Counted from the stretch's first letter, positions 49,798 through 60,947 are shown. The stretch: 64,000 bases of DNA from Candidatus Zixiibacteriota bacterium (GCA_050117845.1 JASFLY010000006.1:32001-96000), one strand, 5' to 3'. Made by a program: numbers and translations. The notes: generated by a model from the sequence alone, not told the origin.

Positions 49798-51051
49798 TCA
49801 ACGCCACAGCTTGCGGGCGATGGTTACTAGGAGAACGGTATAGGAGACGATTGCGAAGGACCCCTCAAGGCCGGCCGCGACTTTGGCCCAGCCGTAGGGT
49901 TCGTAGTCCGTAAAACTCAGTTTCGTGAGCGTAACGAAAGAGAAGTACAGACACCGTTTGAAACTGAAACAGCTCAGGTCGGCCAGGGGCTGGAGCGTGC
50001 CGCCCGGGTCGATGTAACTCTCCAGGCCGAAGCCCATCGTGCCGAAGGCCGGTAACAGGTAGTAATATAGGGAGAATACGAACCACACGCCGATGAGGGA
50101 GAACGCCACACGCCACGGTTTGGTGCCGTAGCCGGCGTAGAGGTCGAAGAACACGTACTCCAGCGCGTTGCGGATATAGGCCCAGGGCCGCCACGTTCTG
50201 CGGTCGACGAGTCGGGCCCGGCGCCTCGTCGCCATCTCCCGGTATAGTGCCGTTTCGGCCTGGGGGAAGCGGCCGAAGTTGCGGAAATTCAACTTGAGCT
50301 CGGTATACACCTCGGCCGCCTCGCGGAACTTCCCGGGGCGGTCGCTTTCGATTATGAGTTTATCCGGCAGCACGGCGCGGCCGAGGTCGGTCTCGCGGAA
50401 AATCGCGCCGTATAGGTCGGCGCGCCGGAGGTCGGCGGACGCGATATCGCAATTCTCGAAGCGCGTGCCGGAGAAGACGGCCCCCGAGAAATCCGCCCGG
50501 ACGAGCGTTACGCGGCGGAAACTCGCGGCGCTCATGTCCGCCTGGTGGAAGGTGGCGCCGCTGAGGTCGGTTTCCTCGAAGCGGGCCCGGTTTAATTTGG
50601 CGGTGGTAATATCGGCGTGGGCCGCCGCGGCGTAGCGGAAATCGGCGTGGGAGAGGTCGGCCCCCCTGAAGTTGGCGAAGGAGGCGTCGGCCTCGGTGAA
50701 GTCGGCGTGGGCGAGCGTGGCGCCCCGGAACGAAGCGCCCTCGAGTACGGCCCCGCTGAAGTCGGAGCCGGAGAAGTCGCCCCCGGAGAAGTCCGCGCCC
50801 GTCAGGTTGGCGCCGACGAAGTTGGTCCGGGGGCCCGCGACTTCTTTAATCTTGACCGATTGGAGGTTGAGGCCGGCGAAGCCGTGAAGCGAGGCCGCGC
50901 GGCCGCGGATCTCGTCGAGGTAAGCCGCGGTATCGGGGAGGTGTTCCCAACAGCAGCGGGAGAAACTCAAGGCCGGGGCGGTGCATTCCGGATGACAACA
51001 GGCCGGCCTTTCCGCCCAATGATGTTCGCCTAGCTCGTCCGACGAGTCCAC
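49798..51051 (-). CDS. Cys-rich N-terminus plus pentapeptide repeats plus two-TM ion-channel-like domain
   Basis: GGAGGAG RBS; CCHPEC...CCWEH; A(D/N)(F/L)xx repeats; GYGTKPWR; LYFSFVTLT. Confidence 0.85.
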   Translation of the reverse strand: MDSSDELGEHHWAERPACCHPECTAPALSFSRCCWEHLPDTAAYLDEIRGRAASLHGFAGLNLQSVKIKEVAGPRTNFVGANLTGADFSGGDFSGSDFSGAVLEGASFRGATLAHADFTEADASFANFRGADLSHADFRYAAAAHADITTAKLNRARFEETDLSGATFHQADMSAASFRRVTLVRADFSGAVFSGTRFENCDIASADLRRADLYGAIFRETDLGRAVLPDKLIIESDRPGKFREAAEVYTELKLNFRNFGRFPQAETALYREMATRRRARLVDRRTWRPWAYIRNALEYVFFDLYAGYGTKPWRVAFSLIGVWFVFSLYYYLLPAFGTMGFGLESYIDPGGTLQPLADLSCFSFKRCLYFSFVTLTKLSFTDYEPYGWAKVAAGLEGSFAIVSYTVLLVTIARKLWR

Positions 51052-51053
51052 CG

Positions 51054-52490
51054 TCAACTCCTCCCGAAGACGTAGCGACCCAGTACGTCGAGGCCCGCCT
51101 TGGCCGCCCGGGCGAAATCGCCGGGGGACCGCATACGGCGCACACGCCGCCAGACGTACGTGGGACGCAGGTAAAATTCCCGGTAAGCCGTTCTTATGTA
51201 ACGCTCGAGCAGGTCCGCGTCGCCGTACACCGCGTGCCGGGCGTCGTAACCGTCGAAGGCGTCGCCCAGTTCCTCCTTGACCTGCTCGTAGAACTCGGTG
51301 CCGGGGTAGGGCGTCGCGACGTTGAAGGAGGCGAACGAGGCGTATAGCTCCTTCGCGAGGTCTATAGTCGCGCGCATGTCCTCTTCCTCTTCGCCGACGT
51401 TGCCGAACATGAAGAAGGCCGCGGCCTCCAGGCCCACGCGGGCCGTGGCGTCGAAGGCCGCTCGGGCCTGCTCCACCGTCGTCTTCTTGCCCATGCGGTC
51501 CAGGACGCGCTGGGAGCCGGATTCCACGCCGAAGATGACGAGGTAGCACCCGGCTTCTTTTATCGCGGCCAACATCTCCTCGTCCACGGTATCGACGCGG
51601 GACATGCACATCCACGAGAAGTCGAGGCCCGCTTCCTTGATCATCCGGCACAACTCGACGACGCGGCGCTTGCCGATGGTGAAGGTGTCGTCCCAGAAGC
51701 CCACCTGCCGAACGCCTTCCTCCTCGACCATCTCGCGGAGTTCGGCCAGAACGTCCTCGTTGGAGCGGAAGCGTATGGTCCGGCCGTAGTAGGCGCCGGT
51801 GGAGCAGTAGTTGCACGGGTAGGGGCAGCCGCGGGACGTGATGATGATGTCGAATCGGCCGTGGCGCATGAAAGGCGGGGCGTACGTATAGGGCCGGAAG
51901 AAACGGCGCGCGGGATGGGGCAGATCGTCCAGGTTCGCGATGAGCGGCCGCAGTTCGTTGTGGACTACCTTGCCGCCGTCGCGCCAGCTCAGGCCGGCGA
52001 CTTCCGCGTACGGGACCTCTCCCGCCACGGCGCGGGCGAGTTCGGCGCAGGTGGCCTCCGGCTCGCCGCGTATGAGACAGTCTGCGCCGGGGGCGGCGAA
52101 GCCGTCGTCGGGCCGGGCGCTGACGTGCGTCCCCATGACCGCGGTCAACGTGTCGGGCGAGACTTCCCGGGCCCGTTCCAGGAAAGCGAGGTCGCGCCAC
52201 AGCGTCGACGTGCCGGCGGCGACGTACAGCAGGTCGGGTCGGCTCTCGCGAATCGTTTCCAATACGTCCTCGACCTCGTCCCGGCCGGCCACGGCGTCGA
52301 CGAGCGTGACGTCGGCGTCCGCCCATTTCTCGGTCGCGGCGGCGCAGTAGGCCAAGCCCAGCGGCGGGATGACGTAATCGGTTTTGGTGAAGATGCCGGC
52401 GCAGCGGGCGAGTACGGCGTCGGTCTGCGTCGCGAAGTCGCCGGGGGCGAGCGGCGGGACCAGGAAGAGCGCTTTAATTTTTCGGGTCAT
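51054..52490 (-). CDS. B12-binding domain radical SAM protein
   Basis: PPLGLAY.AA, G.H, GEPE, SRGCPYPCNYC, WDDTF, GVESG, TPYPGT. Confidence 0.92.
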   Translation of the reverse strand: MTRKIKALFLVPPLAPGDFATQTDAVLARCAGIFTKTDYVIPPLGLAYCAAATEKWADADVTLVDAVAGRDEVEDVLETIRESRPDLLYVAAGTSTLWRDLAFLERAREVSPDTLTAVMGTHVSARPDDGFAAPGADCLIRGEPEATCAELARAVAGEVPYAEVAGLSWRDGGKVVHNELRPLIANLDDLPHPARRFFRPYTYAPPFMRHGRFDIIITSRGCPYPCNYCSTGAYYGRTIRFRSNEDVLAELREMVEEEGVRQVGFWDDTFTIGKRRVVELCRMIKEAGLDFSWMCMSRVDTVDEEMLAAIKEAGCYLVIFGVESGSQRVLDRMGKKTTVEQARAAFDATARVGLEAAAFFMFGNVGEEEEDMRATIDLAKELYASFASFNVATPYPGTEFYEQVKEELGDAFDGYDARHAVYGDADLLERYIRTAYREFYLRPTYVWRRVRRMRSPGDFARAAKAGLDVLGRYVFGRS

Positions 52491-53317
52491 TTTACCAGCT
52501 TATAAATTACGGCGCCGCCCGGCAGCCATCCGAAGAGGAACGCGTCCCAGCCGGCGACGAAAATGCGGCCGGCGTTCAGCGCCCGGGCGAGGGGCGATTC
52601 CAGCCGCCGTTCTTTGTTCTCGGCCGCCGGTTCCCCTTCGCCCCCGCCGCTTACGAGCGACGTTACGAGGGCCGTCAGCGGTTGGAACAGGTGTTTGAAG
52701 TAACGTTTCTTTTTTATTTTGAACCCGGCCTCGCGCACGGCCCGCTTCAGTTCCGCGGCCGCAAAGCGATTCAGGTGGCCGTCCTTCAGGTCGTCCCGGT
52801 CGAGGCGGCCTCCCCCCGGGGCCCGGCGCAGCCAGCGCCGGAGGTACAGGCCGTAGCACGACGTGTTGACCAGCGCCACGCCGCCCGGCCGCAGCACACG
52901 CGCGGCTTCGGCCAACGTAGCCGGCACGTCCTCGGCCGGTAGGTGCTCCAGGATATCGGCCATCAGGACGAGGTCACACGCGGCGTCGCGAAAGGGGAGT
53001 CGCCTAACGTCGGCCTCGACGGCGGCCATTCCCCTCTCCCGGGCGATGCGCAACGCCGGTGCCACGGCGTCCACCACGACGCGGTGCCGGACGCCCTCGA
53101 AAAGCGACGCCAGGTACCCTTCGCCGCCCCCCAGGTCGAGGAGCCGATCGTACTCCCGGCGGCCGGCGAAGCGCCGAAGCGTCCGCCATGCCAGCCAGCC
53201 CAGCGGCCCCAGGGCGTGCCGGGGAGACAGGCCTGCGGCCTTTCGCCAGCGGCCCGCGCGATAAAGCCGTTCGCTCTCGCGCCGGGGTTCTTCGTCAAAT
53301 TCGTTTGGCGTCTCTAT
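52487..53317 (-). CDS. Class I SAM-dependent methyltransferase; start codon uncertain (ATA 53317 or CTG 53230)
   Basis: In-frame LLDLGGGEG lies upstream of the track start (53077); then LPF.D...D.V, LEH, RVLRPGG. Confidence 0.8.
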   Translation of the reverse strand: METPNEFDEEPRRESERLYRAGRWRKAAGLSPRHALGPLGWLAWRTLRRFAGRREYDRLLDLGGGEGYLASLFEGVRHRVVVDAVAPALRIARERGMAAVEADVRRLPFRDAACDLVLMADILEHLPAEDVPATLAEAARVLRPGGVALVNTSCYGLYLRRWLRRAPGGGRLDRDDLKDGHLNRFAAAELKRAVREAGFKIKKKRYFKHLFQPLTALVTSLVSGGGEGEPAAENKERRLESPLARALNAGRIFVAGWDAFLFGWLPGGAVIYKLVK

Positions 53318-53370
53318 ATCTTCGTATTATAATAAAAAACGTTCGCGGCCGCAATCGCGCGGCGCGTATT

Positions 53371-55404
53371 ATGGGTTTAAACTTCGAGCCTCTGGAATTC
53401 TGGTGGTGGGCCGGGGCGGCGGCCGTCCCCGCCGTGGCCGCGGCCCTTTTCGGGTGGTGGCGAGCGCGGGACTTGGCCGGGTCCGCCCGGGCTTCGCTGC
53501 TCGCGCTGTTGCGTTTGGCGGCGGTCGCCGCAATTCTCCTTTATGTATTAGGTCCGCGCTGGAACTCCGCGTCGCCCCGGCCGGCTTCGGCCCCCGTCGC
53601 CATCCTGGTCGATTCTTCGGCCTCGATGGATCTCGGCGCCGACGGCGGTACGCGCCTGGCGTCGGCGCTCGCGGCGGCGGGGGACGTGGCCCGAGCGGTC
53701 GAGGAGAGCGGCGGCGAGTACGTCGTCTACGACTTCGCCGCGGGCCACCGGCCCTGGGGGCCGCGCCTCCCGGAGGAACGGCTACTCACGGCCGAGGACG
53801 TCGCGGGGCGCAATTCCTCGGACGCCGCCGGGGCGTTGTCCGGCCTGGTGCGGTTCTACGGCCGGGAGGGCTTGGCCGCGGCGGTAGTACTCAGCGACGG
53901 CGCGTGGGGCCGGGCGCCGGGCGGGCCGTCCCTGCCTCCCTGTTATACGCTAGCGCCGGCGGGCGGCCCCCCGGAGAACGCCGTTATTATTACTGACGTC
54001 CGGGTACCGGCGGTCGTCCTTCCCGGGACGACGTTCGAAGGCCGCGTTTCATATCTCTCCACTTACGCCGACGGCGGCCGCGTCGCCGCGACGGTCGAGG
54101 AGGAGGGCGGCGCTTCGGCCGAGTACGAATTCAGCGTAAGTGCGGGTCGGGGCGAAGCCGTGATCAACGCGGTGGTCGGCGAGGCCGGCGACCAGTTTTT
54201 CCGGGCCGCCGTTTCCTCCGGCCCCGGCGAAACGTGGTTCCACGTCCGCGCGCTCGAGCGGCCGCTCCGCGTCTGGTATCGGGAGATGGCGGGAGACGCG
54301 GACTTCGCGTTCATCCGTCGGGCGCTCGAGAGCAACGCCGGTTTCGATTTGACGTACCGGCTCGACGTCGGCGACCGGGCCCTGGGCACGGCGGCCGGCG
54401 CGGCCGACGGGACGGACGTCGTCATCCTCGGCAACCCCCGCGCCGGGGAGATAACGCCGGCGGAAGGGGCGGCGCTCGAGGCGCACGTGGCCCGGGGCGG
54501 CGGCCTGCTGGTAGTCGTAAGCGCCCGGCCGGTCGACGCGTCGGCGCTCGCGTCGGGGCCGCTGGCGGGCCTACTGCCCGTCCGCGTCGGCGCGAACGTC
54601 GAGGAAGCGCCGGGCGGCCCGTTGAAGGAAGCGTCGTATCCGGGGGCGGCGGGTGTAGCCGCGACGCCGCCGGTCGCGACGCACGTGTGGCGTTTGGGCT
54701 CCTTGAAGGAGGCCGCGTCGCCGGTGTGGCTTGGTCCGGACGGCACGCCGGCGCTCGTCACGATGCCCTACGGCCTGGGCCGGGTGGCGGTGCTGGCGGC
54801 GGGCGGTTTCTACCGGAACCACCTCGCCACCGGAGGCGACGCCCTCCAAAAGTTCACGGCGGCGCTCGCGCTGGCCGGGTACGACGAGCAGGCGGAGCCG
54901 CTGGCGGTGGGCCGGCGGGTCGCGGGGCCGGGCGACGTTGTGGAAGTGGTTTGCCGCGGCGTCGGGGAACCGACGGTCGTTTGCGTCGGCCCGGGCGGCG
55001 GCGTCAAGCGCGTCGCGCTCTCGCCTGCGGCGGGAGGCCTGTGGGTCGGCGACGTCGAGATAGGGGAGCCGGGGCGCTACGAGATAACGGGCCGGATCCC
55101 GACGGCCGAGGGCGTAGAGGTTCTCAAACGGGCGGTGCTTTCGCGGCCGTCGTCGTCGGAGTACCGTGCCGTCAACGTGGACGGGGACGCCTTGCGGGCG
55201 CTCGCGGCCTCGACCGGCGGCCGCTACTTCGAGCCGGGGGACGCGGCCGGCCTGGCCGGGGCGGTCGCGGAACGCGTGCGGGAGGCGCCCCAGGTCCCGG
55301 TGCCGCTTTCCCGGGCGATATGGCCGCCGTGGCTTGCGTTCCCGGCTGCGCTGGCGTTGCTAGCGGCCGATTGGGTAATACGAAGGCGGTCGGGTTTATC
55401 GTAA
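53371..55404 (+). CDS. Membrane-anchored vWA plus glutamine-amidotransferase-like domain protein
   Basis: N-terminal TMs, DSSASM MIDAS, LSDG, GGGLLV, LLPV, G.GRV, LA..TGGRYF, W..RRR.GL end. Confidence 0.8.
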   Translation: MGLNFEPLEFWWWAGAAAVPAVAAALFGWWRARDLAGSARASLLALLRLAAVAAILLYVLGPRWNSASPRPASAPVAILVDSSASMDLGADGGTRLASALAAAGDVARAVEESGGEYVVYDFAAGHRPWGPRLPEERLLTAEDVAGRNSSDAAGALSGLVRFYGREGLAAAVVLSDGAWGRAPGGPSLPPCYTLAPAGGPPENAVIITDVRVPAVVLPGTTFEGRVSYLSTYADGGRVAATVEEEGGASAEYEFSVSAGRGEAVINAVVGEAGDQFFRAAVSSGPGETWFHVRALERPLRVWYREMAGDADFAFIRRALESNAGFDLTYRLDVGDRALGTAAGAADGTDVVILGNPRAGEITPAEGAALEAHVARGGGLLVVVSARPVDASALASGPLAGLLPVRVGANVEEAPGGPLKEASYPGAAGVAATPPVATHVWRLGSLKEAASPVWLGPDGTPALVTMPYGLGRVAVLAAGGFYRNHLATGGDALQKFTAALALAGYDEQAEPLAVGRRVAGPGDVVEVVCRGVGEPTVVCVGPGGGVKRVALSPAAGGLWVGDVEIGEPGRYEITGRIPTAEGVEVLKRAVLSRPSSSEYRAVNVDGDALRALAASTGGRYFEPGDAAGLAGAVAERVREAPQVPVPLSRAIWPPWLAFPAALALLAADWVIRRRSGLS

Positions 55405-55426
55405 AAACGCGCGAGGTGGTATTTTT

Positions 55427-56854
55427 ATGAAAGAAAAAGAATACATCGTCGCTGGCGAGAAGCGGAAGTCGGAAGAGGAACTCGCGGTTTGCTGTCCGTA
55501 CGACGGCGAGATAATCGGCAAGACGTGGAACGCCGGGGCGGCCGACGTCGAGGAGGCGACGGCCGCGGCCTGGTCGTTTTTCCGAAACGGAGAAGCGCCG
55601 CCGCTTTACGAGCGGGTCGATATCTTGAAACGTTTGGGGGACCTCGTTTCCGTCCGGGCGGAGGAGCTGGCCCGGGACCTGGCGCTCGAGGCCGGCAAGA
55701 ATATTAAAGAGGCCCGGGGCGAAGTAGGCCGTTGCGCTTTTACCTGCGCTACGGCGGCGGCCGAGGCGACGCGGCTCGAGGGCGAGGTCGTCCCGTTGGA
55801 CGCGCACCCGGCGGGGAAGGGCCGCTTCGGAATCGTCCGACGTTTCGTGCGGGGGCCCGTGCTCGCGATTACGCCGTTCAATTTCCCGCTCAACCTCGTG
55901 GCCCACAAACTGGCGCCGGCGCTGGCGTGCGGCGCGCCCGTCGTAATCAAACCCGCGTCGGCGACGCCGTTGTCGGCCTTGAACCTGGTCCAGCTCGCGC
56001 TGGAGGCCGGCGCTCCCCCCGGCCAGGTGTCGGTGTTGCCGATGCCCGGCGGCCGGGCCGAGGGCCTCGTGGCCGACGACCGTTTCGCCGTCCTGACCTT
56101 CACCGGCTCGCAGGAGGTCGGCTGGGGCCTCAAGGGGAAGGCGGGCCGCAAGCTGGTTTGCCTGGAGCTCGGCGGCAACGCCGCGGTTATCGTCCACTCG
56201 GACGCCGACGTCGACTACGCCGTGGCGCGCGTCGTCGCGGGGGGATTCGGCGTCGCGGGACAGTCCTGCATATCGGTCCAACGAGTCTATATACATAAAC
56301 CGATTTACGAGCGATTCGTCAGGGACCTGTCGGAACGGGTAAACGCCCTTCGCGTGGGCCATCCGCTGGACGAAGAAGCCGACCTCGGCGGCGTCATCGA
56401 CGAGGACAACGCCGTCCGGATAGAGAGCTGGCTGGCCGACGCGGTTGCGGCGGGCGCCCGTGTCCTCTGCGGCGGCACGCGGGACGGGACGCGCGTCGCG
56501 CCGACGGTGGTTGAGAATTGCCCGGCGGACGCGGCGCTCAACCGGCGGGAGGCGTTCGCGCCCGTGGTTTTGGTAGAGCCGTATGAGGATTTCGCCGACG
56601 CGGCGGCCGCGGCCGACGATTCCCGTTACGGCCTGCAGGCGGGCGTATTCACGCGCGACGCGGGACGCATCCGCTACGCGTACGAACACCTCATGGCTGG
56701 CGCGGTCGTCGCCGGCGACGTTCCGACCTTCCGCGTCGACCACATGCCGTACGGCGGGGCCAAGGAATCGGGGATAGGCCGGGAAGGGCCGCGTTACGCC
56801 ATAGAGGAGTATACCGAACCGCGCATGCTCGTGGTGGGCGATTTCGGTTTATAG
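55427..56854 (+). CDS. Aldehyde dehydrogenase family protein
   Basis: ITPFNFP, KPA, FTGS, LELGGN, GQSCIS, EAFAP, PYGG.K.SG.GREG. Confidence 0.94.
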   Translation: MKEKEYIVAGEKRKSEEELAVCCPYDGEIIGKTWNAGAADVEEATAAAWSFFRNGEAPPLYERVDILKRLGDLVSVRAEELARDLALEAGKNIKEARGEVGRCAFTCATAAAEATRLEGEVVPLDAHPAGKGRFGIVRRFVRGPVLAITPFNFPLNLVAHKLAPALACGAPVVIKPASATPLSALNLVQLALEAGAPPGQVSVLPMPGGRAEGLVADDRFAVLTFTGSQEVGWGLKGKAGRKLVCLELGGNAAVIVHSDADVDYAVARVVAGGFGVAGQSCISVQRVYIHKPIYERFVRDLSERVNALRVGHPLDEEADLGGVIDEDNAVRIESWLADAVAAGARVLCGGTRDGTRVAPTVVENCPADAALNRREAFAPVVLVEPYEDFADAAAAADDSRYGLQAGVFTRDAGRIRYAYEHLMAGAVVAGDVPTFRVDHMPYGGAKESGIGREGPRYAIEEYTEPRMLVVGDFGL

Positions 56855-56873
56855 CGACGGGGACGTCGGGCGG

Positions 56874-57362
56874 TTAATCGCGGCGCGCCGGCATCAGTCG
56901 CCAGTAGAAGAAAAGTAGCGGGAACGCCGCAACGGCGGTAGCCGCGGCGCCGAGGCCCCACTGCCCGACGACGTGCCAACCGAAGGAGACCGGCCCGGCG
57001 GCGATGGCGACGAGGATAAAGCTGAGGATTTGTTTGATGATTACCGCGCCGGTCGCGAAGGCCGCCGGGGCGAGTAGGCTGCCCTCGTATATCTGGCCGC
57101 GGAAGTACGAGAACACGGCACCCGAAACGGTTCCGATGAGGGCCCCCAGGCCGACGGGCCCCCAGCCGAAGAGGTCGGAGGCGAGGCCGAGGACGAAGCC
57201 GCACACCACGGCCGTGACGCCGCCGCGGGCGAGCGCTATGTATACCACCGTAATGAGAGTGAGGTCCGGGACGAGCGCGTCCGGTAGAATGCGGGGCACG
57301 AGCGCGTGGTGCAGATACACCACCGTGGCCACGACTACGACGTATCGGATTAAGGTTCGCAC
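56874..57362 (-). CDS. mreD: Rod shape-determining protein MreD
   Basis: PDL.LI.VVY, GF..GL..D, G..AL; about 5 TM helices. Confidence 0.8.
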   Translation of the reverse strand: MRTLIRYVVVVATVVYLHHALVPRILPDALVPDLTLITVVYIALARGGVTAVVCGFVLGLASDLFGWGPVGLGALIGTVSGAVFSYFRGQIYEGSLLAPAAFATGAVIIKQILSFILVAIAAGPVSFGWHVVGQWGLGAAATAVAAFPLLFFYWRLMPARRD

Positions 57363-57435
57363 CGGCGCCCGGGGAAGGAGTTTAAGACCGTTTCGCCTAT
57401 ACTAGCAATATCTCGGCTCAAACGCAATAACTACG

Positions 57436-57464
57436 AAAAAAGGGAGCGTGTCCAACGCTCCCTT
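57436..57464 (-). terminator. Intrinsic terminator
   Basis: AAGGGAGCG..CGCTCCCTT with T run on the minus strand. Confidence 0.7.
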
Positions 57465-57482
57465 CGTCGTTCGTAATAGCCT

Positions 57483-58043
57483 TTACAAAAGGCCGGCGAC
57501 GGTGTTGGACAGGTTGCCCGCCGATTCGACGAGCGCCGGCGCGTCGGCCGTAATCCCCTCGAGGGCGGTTTTGCCGTTCTCGAGTTGGTCTTTTTTATCT
57601 TTTAAGTCTTTCGCGGCCAAGGGGTTTTTCGTTATCTGGTCCGCGAGGTCGGTCAACGCCGTCGGGATTTCAGCGACGAGCGTGGTGGCGTTTTCTACGG
57701 CGCCGTTAATGTCGTCGGGGAGTGTCGCCAGCAATTCGGCCTGGGCCTGGAGATTGGCCTTGTCCTCGTCGGTGACGGCGCTTTTGAGTTCCGCGACTTT
57801 GGCCGGATCGCTGAAGAGGTCGGCGATGCCGTGCGCTTCGGCGATACCCGAAATGGTCGCTTCGGCGGAGTCGATTTTGGTTTTCGCCGCTTCCACCGAA
57901 TTGGATACTTCGTCAATCTTCGCGATGAGTTCGTCGAACTTTTTCGTGTCGACCTTGCCGCCGCCGGTGGGCAGGCCGATGGCGGAAGCCGCCACCGCCG
58001 TTACCAGCAGGGCCGCGCACGTCAGTACGAGATACTTCTTCAT
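57483..58043 (-). CDS. Secreted alpha-helical hypothetical protein
   Basis: AAGGAGG RBS; signal peptide; amphipathic helical composition. Confidence 0.75.
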   Translation of the reverse strand: MKKYLVLTCAALLVTAVAASAIGLPTGGGKVDTKKFDELIAKIDEVSNSVEAAKTKIDSAEATISGIAEAHGIADLFSDPAKVAELKSAVTDEDKANLQAQAELLATLPDDINGAVENATTLVAEIPTALTDLADQITKNPLAAKDLKDKKDQLENGKTALEGITADAPALVESAGNLSNTVAGLL

Positions 58044-58120
58044 GAGTGCCTCCTTGAATGGGATAAATTTAGACCGTGTAGCGCATTCTAAGAATAACGC
58101 GGCCCAATGTCAAGGCCTTC

Positions 58121-59128
58121 TTATTTCGTCGGGGCGCCGATGCGCCGGGCCCCTTCGGCGTCGGCGGGCCGGGCCGGTATCGTCCCCGCGTCCCCGGTGA
58201 CCGTCCACACGCGGGCTTGGCCGTCCTCCCGGTCCCGGGCGTCCGAGTGCCGGAGCGTGAGGGCGGCCGCGGCGGGCCAGTCCTCCCGTGCCCCGGGCCG
58301 GAGGAGCGTGACCGGGCTCCCGGCGTTCAGTATCTCGAAGGCGGCGTCTCCCGGGGCCAGTTGGTCCAGTATGCGTTCGTTATCTTCCCGGTTTCTTCCC
58401 ACCACGGCCTTGGCCCCGGAGGGCAGTCGGTACTGGCGGCCGAGTTTCAATAATATTATGTCATCGATACCGGCGTCGCCGTGGGCGAACGCGTCGTCGA
58501 GGCGGGCCGCGAATTCCCGGTCCGTCAGGAGGCAGCCGCCGGCGGGAGAGGTATACTCCCCGAGGCCGTACTCCTCGGCCATCGCAAGCTGGCGTTTGCG
58601 CGTCCGGCCTTCGATGTCGAGGAGGCGGGAGCGGTCCACCCGGCCCTCCTCTTCGACGAGCGTCGGCGGCAGGAGTTTGGCCGAAAGGGGCCGGAGTAAC
58701 CGGCCGGCCAGCCCCGATTCCCGCTCGATTATCTCCAGTTGTCCCCGGTGCTGGGACATGGGACGCTGGCCCACGACTTCCCCCGTGAAGCAGAACGCGG
58801 CGCCCCGCTGTCGCATCAGTTCGGCGGCGCGGCGCAGCATATAGATATGGCAGTCGATGCAGGGATTGAGGGCGGTCCCGTGGCCGAAGCGGGGCCGGCG
58901 GATCAATTCCATGTAATCGTCCCCGGCCTCGGCCGTGACGAGCTCTACGCCGAGCTCGGCGGCGGACCGGCCCGCGGCTTCCCCGGCGCCGGAACCGCCG
59001 TGGAACGGCGTGAGGAGGTTGAAGCCGACAACCTCGATGCCCTGTTCCAGGACCAGTTTGACGGCGAGGGCGCTATCCAGGCCGCCGGACACGAGGCCCA
59101 CGGCCAGCGTTGCGGGGCGGGGAGACAT
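58121..59128 (-). CDS. PP-loop tRNA thiouridylase-like (ThiI/MnmA-related) protein
   Basis: SGGLDS, NPCIDC, TGEVVGQRPMSQ, LRPLSA, PAGGCLLT, GRN..DN. Confidence 0.85.
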   Translation of the reverse strand: MSPRPATLAVGLVSGGLDSALAVKLVLEQGIEVVGFNLLTPFHGGSGAGEAAGRSAAELGVELVTAEAGDDYMELIRRPRFGHGTALNPCIDCHIYMLRRAAELMRQRGAAFCFTGEVVGQRPMSQHRGQLEIIERESGLAGRLLRPLSAKLLPPTLVEEEGRVDRSRLLDIEGRTRKRQLAMAEEYGLGEYTSPAGGCLLTDREFAARLDDAFAHGDAGIDDIILLKLGRQYRLPSGAKAVVGRNREDNERILDQLAPGDAAFEILNAGSPVTLLRPGAREDWPAAAALTLRHSDARDREDGQARVWTVTGDAGTIPARPADAEGARRIGAPTK

Positions 59129-59498
59129 TACGGCGTAACGGGGGTTTCGGGGTCCTCTTCGGCGGTTCCCGCTTCTTCGTCCTTCTCCACGAAGCGATAA
59201 ACGGTCTCGCCCTCTTTGACCAGGCCGAGTTCTTCCCGGGCGATTTTCTCTACGGCTTCGGGGTCGTCGAGGCGCTCGAGTTCCTCCCGGAGGAGCGCGT
59301 TCTCGTGGCGCAATTCCTCCACTTCGGTGGAGAGGCGTGCGTTGTCGCGGGCGAGTTCGCGCCGGCGGAGGTAGCCGTGGCGGCTGAAGACGAAGACGTA
59401 AACGAGCAAGCCGAAGAGCAGCGCGGCGGCAACGGATATCGCGATTATCCGCCGCCGCCGGGATTTAGTAACGTGAACGGTTTCGCCGCGCCGGGACA

Positions 59499-59499
<1 letters not shown>
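59128..59499 (-). CDS. ftsB: Septum formation initiator (FtsB/DivIC)
   Basis: TM plus coiled coil plus EKIAREELGLVKEGE; follows eno. Confidence 0.85.
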
Positions 59500-60809
<1,310 letters not shown>

Positions 60810-60892
60810 TTAACACCCGCCCGGCGAAAAATCCAGAATAAGAAAACGGGGCGGGAACCGGTGGGGCCGGCATTACCGTCGGCCGGATGGCG

Positions 60893-60921
60893 AAAAAAAC
60901 GGGTGGCCCGAAGGCCACCCG
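60893..60921 (-). terminator. Intrinsic terminator
   Basis: CGGGTGGCC-CGAA-GGCCACCCG with T run on the minus strand. Confidence 0.75.
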
Positions 60922-60947
60922 CGAATCGCTTTTGGCGATATGGGTAA

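Noticed and set aside
49798..52326. 842-aa ORF as a single protein
   Set aside because: The first half is an alternative frame of the radical SAM gene; the real gene starts after the GGAGGAG RBS at about 51051-51057
52963..53298. Frameshifted N-terminus of the methyltransferase
   Set aside because: The SAM motif is already in the main frame; the issue is the start codon, not a frameshift
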